Source: Vampirovibrionales bacterium (GTDB lineage: Bacteria > Cyanobacteriota > Vampirovibrionia > Vampirovibrionales > JAJTHC01). Taken from it: a DNA stretch of 49,762 bases. Where the stretch lies: positions 1 to 49,762 of the forward strand of contig JBILSS010000001.1 in assembly GCA_044371965.1 (NCBI GenBank). The letters run 5' to 3'. Every line of letters starts with the position of its first letter. The first letter of the stretch is position 1. The notes under the pieces were generated by a model, which was given only the letters and a program-made list of their open reading frames with translations, was not told the origin of the DNA and made no database searches. Positions 27,663 to 34,852 of the stretch are shown piece by piece. Made by a program: the position numbers and the translations under genes.

Positions 27663-27705
27663 GATAAGACTTAATTACGCCCCAAACCCCAAAGGAGACC
27701 CCGAA

Positions 27706-28137
27706 ATGAAACTCTATCGTGGAGACAACGACCCTCGCATCGGCTTACGCACCCGCTACGACATGCGACGGGGCTGTTTTATTACGTCGCATACACGCTT
27801 TAACTTTTTTACGACCACGGGCGGATCTCGCACCGAATCGGAAGAACACTTCATGGACAGACTCGAAGCGTGGTTTGAAGTCATGGAAGAAGCGGGCAAA
27901 CCGATTGACCGCACCGCAACCTATGAAAAGCCTCCAGGGATTGTAGGGCGTCCGAAATCGGATCGGGTGCGGATGCATCTTTGGGTGTCGAAAAACTTTA
28001 AGCAAATCCTTCAACGAGAAGCCAAAGTCTTGCACCTTTCGTTGAGTGATGTGGTTGAACATGCATTTATGCATTACTTTAAGAAAGAAGCCCATAAAGA
28101 GTTGTGGGAGTTTCGAGGCGAAGAAGGACCTCATTAG
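27706..28137 (+). CDS. Hypothetical protein with a C-terminal ribbon-helix-helix (CopG/ParG/Arc-like) candidate DNA-binding domain
   Basis: 143-aa ORF. The C-terminal RVRMHLWVSKNFKQILQREAKVLHLSLSDVVEHAFMHYFKK has the beta-strand/helix/helix pattern of RHH proteins. It is followed immediately by the iteron array. Confidence 0.55.
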   Translation: MKLYRGDNDPRIGLRTRYDMRRGCFITSHTRFNFFTTTGGSRTESEEHFMDRLEAWFEVMEEAGKPIDRTATYEKPPGIVGRPKSDRVRMHLWVSKNFKQILQREAKVLHLSLSDVVEHAFMHYFKKEAHKELWEFRGEEGPH

Positions 28138-28309
28138 TGGAAAGATCTGCTTTCTGTGTGTCGAAATCGGTTATTCTATGTGTCAGGAAAACAGGTTTTG
28201 TGTGTCAGAAAAGAAGGTTCTATGTGTCGAAACCCCCTATTCTGTGTGTCGGAAAAGCAGGTTTCGTGTGTCAAAAATCGACTTTCGTGTGTCGGAAATC
28301 AACGCCTTT
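28135..28309. repeat. Iteron array: 7 phased 22-bp units with TGTGTC(R)(R)AAA cores, plus one degenerate leading unit
   Basis: TGTGTC starts at 28157, 28179, 28201, 28223, 28245, 28267 and 28288, giving spacings of 22, 22, 22, 22, 22 and 21. A leading degenerate unit GTGGAAAGATCTGCTTTCTG overlaps the stop of the upstream ORF. The array ends at the proC stop. Confidence 0.85.
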
Positions 28310-29134
28310 TTAGACGTTTTTCGACAACTCTTCGGCTCGACGTGTCGCTGCATGGACGGCATCCACCAACGCCCTCGACACATTCGCCGATGCCAACGCC
28401 TCTAAGCCTTTCGCCGTCGTGCCGTTAGGGGTGACGACCTCCGCCTTTAGCTGAGATGCAGTCGTAGCACGGGCTTCCAGCAACAAGGCGGAGCCTTTCA
28501 CCAGCTGAAGCACACCTGCTTCCACCAGTTCAGGGGGCAAACCTTCGGATAAACCCGCGTCTACCAAGGCTTCCATGATGTAAAACACATACGCAGGACC
28601 ACTACCAAACAAGCCTGTAAAGGCGTTGATCTGCCCTTCTTCGAGCCAAACCGCCTTGCCCATCGCCTCAAACACGGATTCCACCAGCGTTTTTTGAGCA
28701 TCCCCCACAAAGGCATTCGGAGCCATTGCCGTAAAGCCTTGTCCCACAAGGGCTGGCGTATTCGGCATAACCCGCACGATCGCTGTATCTGGCAAAGACT
28801 TGCCTAAGGTTTCTAGCGTGATACCAGCCGCAATAGAAAGCACCAAAACACCTTCTTTTAGAGAGATTTTCGCCAAATCCGCCAATACAAGTGGCATAAT
28901 AAAGGGTTTTAGCCCCAAAAGCAAGACATCCACTTGGGCAAGGGATGCTTGTCCTTTTTCAAGCGTGGTGCAGGAAACGCCGAATTTCGCTTCTCTTACA
29001 CGGGCTTGATCTTCTGAAGAATCAATGGCGATAACGTTTTCAGGCAAAACGCCCGCCTTTAATAAACCTTCTAAAATGGCTCCCGACATTGTGCCTAAGC
29101 CGATAATACCGATTTTGATCGTATTTAAAGACAT
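28310..29134 (-). CDS. proC: Pyrroline-5-carboxylate reductase
   Basis: IGIIGLGTMSGAI Rossmann motif, MPNTPALVGQG, GSGPAYVFY, VVTPNGTTAKGL. Confidence 0.9.
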   Translation of the reverse strand: MSLNTIKIGIIGLGTMSGAILEGLLKAGVLPENVIAIDSSEDQARVREAKFGVSCTTLEKGQASLAQVDVLLLGLKPFIMPLVLADLAKISLKEGVLVLSIAAGITLETLGKSLPDTAIVRVMPNTPALVGQGFTAMAPNAFVGDAQKTLVESVFEAMGKAVWLEEGQINAFTGLFGSGPAYVFYIMEALVDAGLSEGLPPELVEAGVLQLVKGSALLLEARATTASQLKAEVVTPNGTTAKGLEALASANVSRALVDAVHAATRRAEELSKNV

Positions 29135-29146
29135 TGCTCGCTCCTT

Positions 29147-30748
29147 TTAGTGGCGGAATTCTCGAACGGAAGTCGCCAGCATGGCGATGTCATACTGGTT
29201 AACAGCCGAAATCACGTCGGCATCCTTAATGCTACCCGCAGGCTGAATGATGCACGCCACACGGTTTTGCGCCGCAAGCTGGATGTTGTCCACCGCAGGG
29301 AAGAAGCCGTCGGACGCTAAAACCGCTCCGTTGGCGTTTTCACAGGCTTGAGCCAAGGCTTGCTCTACCGCACCGACTCGGCTGGTTTGACCGCCTGAAA
29401 GCCCCCATGCTTGACCGTCTTTGGCTACGACAATGGCGTTCGATTTCAAATGCTTAGCGACCTTCCACGCAAAAGCCGCATCCCTCAACTGATCTTCGGT
29501 GGGCTTTTTCTTGGAAATCACCTTGAGTTCCTTTGCCATCAAGGCTTCCGCCTTGGCGAACTGCTGTTCTTGGATCAAGACCAAATTCGGACTCACCTGC
29601 TTCAAATACAGACCATCCCTAGTTTCCGCAGGATGCTTGCCCGATTCAGGCGTCACCCAAGGGCGAGTGACCAAACGCAGGTTTTTCTTGGCTTGCAAAA
29701 TCGACAAAGCCTCTTCGCTAAAGCTCGGAGCAAGAATGACTTCGGTGAAAATATCCACCATCGCTTTCGCCGTGGATTCGTCCACCGCACGGTTTAGCAC
29801 GACCACGCCTCCAAAGGCAGACAAGGGATCGCAGTCCAAGGCACGCTTATAGGCTTTCGCCAACGTGATGCCCACCGCCACACCGCACGGCTGATTATGC
29901 TTGATAATCGCCGCCGCTGGCTCGTCGTCAAATTCGCAAATGAGGTTCCACGCCGCTTCCATATCCACGATATTGTTGTACGACAAGGGCTTGCCGTGCA
30001 AGACATGAAAATCAACTTCATCAGGACGAATGGCAAATAACGCCGCCGCTTGGTGCGGATTTTCGCCGTAACGCATGCTTTGAATATTGTGCAAGGTCAG
30101 GTTCATCGTCGTGGGGAACTCGAGGGCATCGGCGTTGTCGCCCAAGGCTTCGGCGAGGATTTGGCTCGACAACCAGCCACTAATGGCGTTGTCATACGTC
30201 GAAGAACGCTGAAATGCCGCAAGTGCTAGGCGTTTACGCAAGCCTAGCGATGTTTGCCCGCCGTTGACGGCTAAATCGGCGATGAGGGCGTCGTATTGAT
30301 CAGGACTCGATACCACGGCGACATCCGCATGGTTTTTCGCAGCGGCTCGAATGAGGGACGATCCGCCAATATCGATGAGTTCGACCATGGCGTTCGGGCT
30401 TTCCGCCGTTTGCGATTGTGCCAAACCGAGTTCAAAGGGATACAAATTCACGGCGACGACATCAATTTTAAAGGTGACATCTTTCATGTGATCGGCTTTG
30501 TCACGCTTGGCGAGAATGCCTGCAAATACGGTGGGATGAAGGCTTTTCACCCGCCCTTCTAGGATTTCGTCAAAGCCTGTGACGGTGGACAAATCCACGA
30601 CGTTTAGCCCAGCGTCTTCGAGCGTTTTGCGAGATCCGCCCGTGGCGATGAGTCCAAAGCCGAACTTGGCTTGCAAGGCGGTGGCGAGTTCAACGATATG
30701 GGTTTTGTCCCAGACGGAGATAAAAGCGTAGCGAGTGGGGTTTGTCAT
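29147..30748 (-). CDS. purH: Bifunctional AICAR transformylase / IMP cyclohydrolase
   Basis: 533-aa ORF. FISVWDKTHIVELA...TGGSRKTLEDAGL...GRVKSLHPTVFAGILA. C-terminal ...IIQPAGSIKDADVI...TSVREFRH. Confidence 0.92.
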   Translation of the reverse strand: MTNPTRYAFISVWDKTHIVELATALQAKFGFGLIATGGSRKTLEDAGLNVVDLSTVTGFDEILEGRVKSLHPTVFAGILAKRDKADHMKDVTFKIDVVAVNLYPFELGLAQSQTAESPNAMVELIDIGGSSLIRAAAKNHADVAVVSSPDQYDALIADLAVNGGQTSLGLRKRLALAAFQRSSTYDNAISGWLSSQILAEALGDNADALEFPTTMNLTLHNIQSMRYGENPHQAAALFAIRPDEVDFHVLHGKPLSYNNIVDMEAAWNLICEFDDEPAAAIIKHNQPCGVAVGITLAKAYKRALDCDPLSAFGGVVVLNRAVDESTAKAMVDIFTEVILAPSFSEEALSILQAKKNLRLVTRPWVTPESGKHPAETRDGLYLKQVSPNLVLIQEQQFAKAEALMAKELKVISKKKPTEDQLRDAAFAWKVAKHLKSNAIVVAKDGQAWGLSGGQTSRVGAVEQALAQACENANGAVLASDGFFPAVDNIQLAAQNRVACIIQPAGSIKDADVISAVNQYDIAMLATSVREFRH

Positions 30749-30883
30749 GGTGGAGTGTCCTTTGCTTTGGGTTCAGAGAGTCTATTGTACTTAAAACACG
30801 ATTTTTTGACTAGGGGGGCGATTTGGGAGGAGGAAGCGACTCGACCCCTTGACAAAGCCTGCGAGATTTGCCACAATATAAAA

Positions 30884-31047
30884 AGGGGGAGTCCCCAAGC
30901 TTGCGAGACTTGAGAACTCCACGCTATCTTCTTAGCTTTTTAAGACTAATAAGAAGATTATCAGCAGAAGTAGTGTTTCTGATGTAATCATTTTAGCTCA
31001 CCTCCTTTCTGTTACAGAACGGGGGTGTTGCTTATTAGCAACCCTTT
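30884..31047 (+). ncRNA. Candidate antisense (antitoxin-like) RNA, copy B; ends approximate
   Basis: Same architecture as copy A. Terminator GGGUGUUGC-UUAUUA-GCAACCC plus UUU at 31023-31047. The plus-strand ATG is followed directly by TAA, so it is non-coding. Confidence 0.5.
30932..30991 (-). CDS. 19-aa hydrophobic peptide MITSETLLLLIIFLLVLKS (candidate type I toxin), copy B
   Basis: ATG 30991 is preceded by AGAAAGGAGGTGA with a 6-nt spacer. The sequence differs from A and C at most positions but keeps the acidic N-terminus, hydrophobic core and penultimate K. Confidence 0.6.
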   Translation of the reverse strand: MITSETLLLLIIFLLVLKS

Positions 31048-31130
31048 AAAGGTTTTCATTAGGCTAACATAAAGCCGCAAGTGATTCAAGAACACTTGAC
31101 AAAGCCTGCGAGATTTGACACAATATAAAA

Positions 31131-31302
31131 AGGGGGAGTCCCCAAGTGTACTAGACTTGAGAACTCCTTTGAAAGCTATCCTCCTAACGTTTCCACACTA
31201 GAAGGAGGATAATTAGTAACATCGAAAGATGTTCTATATGATCCATTTTGCCTCACCTCCTTTCGTTACAGAATGGGGGTGTTGCTTATTAGCAACCCTT
31301 TT
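31131..31302 (+). ncRNA. Candidate antisense (antitoxin-like) RNA, copy C; ends approximate
   Basis: Same architecture as copy A. Terminator hairpin plus UUUUAUUU at 31277-31306. Confidence 0.5.
31184..31246 (-). CDS. 20-aa hydrophobic peptide MDHIEHLSMLLIILLLVWKR (candidate type I toxin), copy C
   Basis: ATG 31246 is preceded by CGAAAGGAGGTGA with a 6-nt spacer. It differs from copy A only at Y3H, T18W and L20R. Confidence 0.6.
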   Translation of the reverse strand: MDHIEHLSMLLIILLLVWKR

Positions 31303-31439
31303 ATTTCAGGTTTTTATTAGGTTACCATAAAGCCGTAAGCCTTTCAAGCAACAACCCACGTTCACCCAAAACAATAAAATTGTGCAAAAACGTTCTTTGA
31401 GGTAAGATAAGAAACAATCATCCACAAGGAGCGTTAGAC

Positions 31440-32801
31440 GTGTCTTTTTCAAAAAGCAATGCCGTTAAAGTAGGACTCTTCACCTTGCTCAGCTTGGGCG
31501 TTTTATTTGGCACCGTGTATTGGCTCAAAAGCCGTGAGTTCCAACAAGGACTCGCCTATAGCGTCTCCTTCCCCGATGTCGACGGCTTGCGTGAAGGCGC
31601 ACCCGTGCAACTCATGGGAACCCAAGTCGGCTATGTGGAAAAAATCATCCCGCAATTTGACAAAAACAAGTTTGATGTCGACGTGCAGTTTCGCCTCGCC
31701 AGCAAAGACAATCCCATCCCCAAGGCGTCGGTGCTTTCGATTGAGCAATCGGGCTTGATTAGCGAAAAGCTCCTTGAAATTACACCGCCTCACCTGCAGT
31801 GGACGGATGTGGAAACGGCGTATTCTCCTACGGAAAAGCCCTTGCCGTGGAACTTAGAGCTTCGCATGAAAGAAGGCTGGGTGGATATTGGCACGGTTGA
31901 AAAGGTGGAAGCTTTGCAGGCGCCTCCTGAAACGCCGTTGAACAAAAAGAAGTTTTACTTGGGCAAGCGTCTGTATTTTAGAATTACTCGGCCGGGGATT
32001 TTATTGCCTGAAGTGCCGTTTTACTTTATGAAGTCGTCTAAACAGGGACTTGCCTTGCGGATTGATTCGTATGATGCGGAATGGTCGCCTGCTTCGTTAC
32101 CTGCTCAAGGCACCTATTTTACGGTGGAAACGCCGTTGCGATTGAAGAAGTTCTTGCAAGCGTCGATTGCGTCTGCCGAAGCCTTGAAAGAAACCAACGA
32201 CAAAATCAACGCTCTGTTGGATGCTGAAACCATCGTGCATATTCAACAGATTATTGAAAACGTGAAATTACTGTCGGGTCAAACCACGGAATTGGTTTCG
32301 ACCACGCAAAGCTTGCTCAAAACCTTGAAGCAAGATGTTCATAGTATGGTGCAGTCTGTTTCGACGTTGAGCAAGTCCTTAACTCGATTGATGAATAATA
32401 TCAACATTTTAGTGAACGATCCCATGCTGAAAGACGATTTCAAGGGACTCATCACCGACTTGCGTCAAACCGTTTTGCAGGCTCAAGCCTTGATTAGTTC
32501 TCCTGAATTGGCGAGTACCTTTAAAAAAGCGAACTTGGCGTTAGACAACGTCAATAATGTGGCGACTTTGGCAAAAACCAAGCTTGAAGCGGAAACGCTG
32601 ACCACGAAAATGGAAGTCACCTTAAGCGAGCTGAATACCTTGCTCGTGAAAGCGAATAAGGTGACGGATGACAAGACGAATCCGATTACGAAAGAAGTGC
32701 TTCAAAATGTGGTGAATGACGCCACCGTGACCCTACAAAATCTCAAGCAATTTAGTAAAAAATTGCAAGGGCATTTTGTGCTTTGGAAATTGGCGTTTTA
32801 A
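31440..32801 (+). CDS. MlaD/MCE-family protein with a long C-terminal coiled-coil region
   Basis: 453-aa ORF (GTG start). N-terminal TM, then the MCE core SFPDVDGLREGAPVQLMGTQVGYVEKI. The C-terminal half is heptad-like and low complexity. Confidence 0.7.
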   Translation: MSFSKSNAVKVGLFTLLSLGVLFGTVYWLKSREFQQGLAYSVSFPDVDGLREGAPVQLMGTQVGYVEKIIPQFDKNKFDVDVQFRLASKDNPIPKASVLSIEQSGLISEKLLEITPPHLQWTDVETAYSPTEKPLPWNLELRMKEGWVDIGTVEKVEALQAPPETPLNKKKFYLGKRLYFRITRPGILLPEVPFYFMKSSKQGLALRIDSYDAEWSPASLPAQGTYFTVETPLRLKKFLQASIASAEALKETNDKINALLDAETIVHIQQIIENVKLLSGQTTELVSTTQSLLKTLKQDVHSMVQSVSTLSKSLTRLMNNINILVNDPMLKDDFKGLITDLRQTVLQAQALISSPELASTFKKANLALDNVNNVATLAKTKLEAETLTTKMEVTLSELNTLLVKANKVTDDKTNPITKEVLQNVVNDATVTLQNLKQFSKKLQGHFVLWKLAF

Positions 32802-32803
32802 TC

Positions 32804-33760
32804 ATGGCGATTCATGTGTTTTACGGCACGGATGAATATCGCAAAGAACGGGCGTTTAGAGCCTTGCGGAAGCAAGTCGTCAATAGTGAGCTAGGGGCGT
32901 TGACGCATCATGTGTTGGACGACCCCAGTTTTTCGCAGTTGCTGGAAACCTTGAACACCAGCTTTTTCGCCTTGGGGGGCTTGCCTGTGGTGGAAGTGCA
33001 TCACTGGCAGGGGCTGTATGATCTCAAAGAAGACGACAAGGGGCGTGTGCCTGAATTGATTGAAGCGTTGGAGGCTCAAGCGGAGCAGAAGGACATCATT
33101 TTTTTGACGTCGAAGCTGGATGTTCGCATGAAATTAGGCAAGTGGATAAAATCTCATCAAGCCAGTCAGCTTCATGTGTTTGACACCCCTGCCTTTTGGG
33201 ACACGGAAAAAGCCGTGCATGTGCTTATGGAAGAATGCCAGCTCCTCGATATTCGCTTGAGTCGTGACGCCGCTTTTCTGTTGGTGGAGTTCATGGGCAA
33301 TGACTTACGTCCCTTAATTAACGAATGTGAGAAGCTCCATGCGTTTACGAATGCGCAAGTCATTGAAGCCCACCATGTGCGGAGCTTCAGCGTCTTGGAT
33401 GCCCAAACCTTCAGCGTGGTGGATGCGTGGTTGCAAAAACGCTTGACGCATCGCAGTATGCACGATTTGAATGCCTTATTGGTGAACGATGCCCCGATTA
33501 AGTTTCTCGCCTTATTGTCGAGTCGGGTGAATTATTATTACCGTCTCAAGCGTGGGTTGGCGGTGGGGCAGTCGTTGGATGAAATTGCTCAAATTGAGGG
33601 AAAGAAGGTCTTCCCCATTCAAAAAGATTTGGAGAAGGTGCGTGGTTTGACTTTGGCGAATCTTGAAGGTTTGAAGCGTCGTTTGCTTGAGGTGGAGTTT
33701 CGCCTGAAAAGTGGGGATGATAATCCTACGTTGTTGTTGGAACAATTGATGTTGACGTAA
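32804..33760 (+). CDS. holA: DNA polymerase III subunit delta
   Basis: MAIHVFYGTDEYRKERAFRAL... N-terminus, ~318 aa, typical HolA size and pattern. ATG 32804 overlaps the mlaD-like stop region. Confidence 0.65.
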   Translation: MAIHVFYGTDEYRKERAFRALRKQVVNSELGALTHHVLDDPSFSQLLETLNTSFFALGGLPVVEVHHWQGLYDLKEDDKGRVPELIEALEAQAEQKDIIFLTSKLDVRMKLGKWIKSHQASQLHVFDTPAFWDTEKAVHVLMEECQLLDIRLSRDAAFLLVEFMGNDLRPLINECEKLHAFTNAQVIEAHHVRSFSVLDAQTFSVVDAWLQKRLTHRSMHDLNALLVNDAPIKFLALLSSRVNYYYRLKRGLAVGQSLDEIAQIEGKKVFPIQKDLEKVRGLTLANLEGLKRRLLEVEFRLKSGDDNPTLLLEQLMLT

Positions 33761-33785
33761 AAATTGAGGAAATGAGGAGTTGGTT

Positions 33786-34782
33786 ATGGAAGGTCAATTG
33801 GTAGCAGGACACTTGAAAAATTTTGAAGCGTGTGTTCAACGTGAAGATGATATAGAGTTTTGGTATGCTCGGGATATTGCCCCTCTTTTAGAGTACAAAG
33901 AGTGGCGTAACTTTCAGAACGTCATTGAAAAAGCAAAGGAAGCTTGTGAAAATAGTAGTCATTCATTTGCATACCATTTTGTTGACGTCAACAAAATGGT
34001 TTCGCTTGGATCTGGAGCCATAAGGGAACTTGATGATATAAAGCTAACACGCTACGCCTGCTATAGTATCCGATAGATAAAACGGTCTATGGTCTCTTCG
34101 TTGTCGCTACGATTTTTTTGTTTAGTTATGTAGGTCTATCTACACGCCCTCACAAAAAAATCTAGGCTCCTAGAATAGCCTCATAGCCTGTTTCATCTAT
34201 CGAACACTATACCTTATAGCGATGAATGGAGACCCCAAAAAACAGGCGATTGCCTTTGCACAAAGCTACTTTGCTTTTCAAACAAGAAAGCAAGAACTGA
34301 TTGAAGAACGACTCAAAACACTTGACCGCTTATGGAAACGAGAAGAGCTTACGCAATCTGAAACGAGACTGTCCGCCAATATTTACCAGCGTGGGGTGGA
34401 TGCAAGGGGTTTTGCCACAATCCGAAGTAAGGGAGACACGGCGTTGTTTGGAGGCAACTCCACAAAAGATATGAAAGAAAAACTAGGCGTCCCTGATTCA
34501 AGTCCTCTAGCAGATTATCTTCCCACCTTGACGATCGCTGCGAAGAACCTAGCCACTGAAATTACGAACCATAATGTGGAATCGAATAACCTTCAAGGGG
34601 AAAGAAAGATAAGCGACGAACACGTGACAAATAATACAAGCGTGAGGGGTTTACTGGTAGAAAAAGGGATTTTCCCTGAAGCCTTACCTGTTGAAGAAGA
34701 TCTAAAAAAGCTTAAACGAAAAATCGAGAAAGAACATAAGTTACTCAATAAAAACCCCAAGAAATTTAATCAAAAGGATTGA
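33786..34782 (+). pseudogene. dinD: DNA-damage-inducible protein D (DinD family), split by a 146-bp MITE
   Basis: The upstream part ends ...DDIKLTRYACY then SIR-stop inside the insertion. The downstream frame resumes YLIAMNGDPKKQAIAFAQSYFAFQTRKQEL... Removing 34064..34209 plus one TA restores ...LTRYACYLIAMNGDP..., the conserved DinD core. Confidence 0.8.
34064..34209. mobile_element. 146-bp MITE (copy 1) with a TA target-site duplication
   Basis: TA(34062-63)|TAGTATCCGATAGATAAAACGG...CCTGTTTCATCTATCGAACACTA|TA(34210-11). It has ~22-bp terminal inverted repeats. The core TTGTCGCTACGATTTTTTTGTTTAG...CACAAAAAAATCTAGGCTCC is shared with 39242..39387. No ORF. Confidence 0.85.
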
Positions 34783-34802
34783 AAATTTCTAAAACTATAC
34801 AT

Positions 34803-34840
34803 AAAAAGCCCTCTTTCCATAATGAAAAGAAGGCTTTTTA
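34803..34840. terminator. Bidirectional terminator between convergent dinD and the RlpA-like gene
   Basis: AAAAAGCCCTCTTTC-cataat-GAAAAGAAGGCTTTTT, an A-run/stem/T-run arrangement. Confidence 0.6.
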
Positions 34841-34852
34841 ATTGAAAATAAT

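Larger units (their letters stand above)
30849..31089. repeat. Copy B of the convergent-promoter module (candidate type I toxin-antitoxin locus)
   Basis: Plus promoter: TTGACA (30849-54), 17 nt, TGc CACAAT (30869-77). Minus promoter: TTGAAT (31089-84), 17 nt, TGt TAGCCT (31069-61). The flanks, SD and both terminators are conserved with A and C, while the ORF interior has diverged. Confidence 0.8.
31096..31347. repeat. Copy C of the convergent-promoter module, in tandem 6 bp after copy B
   Basis: Plus promoter: TTGACA (31096-101), 17 nt, TGa CACAAT (31116-24). Minus promoter: TTGAAA (31347-42), 17 nt, TGg TAACCT (31327-19). Confidence 0.8.

Noticed and set aside
28046-28428. Three overlapping plus-strand ORFs (119, 69 and 90 aa) with repetitive CV(S/R)K... 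translations.
   Set aside because: They are artefacts of translating the 22-bp iteron array in three frames, and they overlap the proC 3' end.
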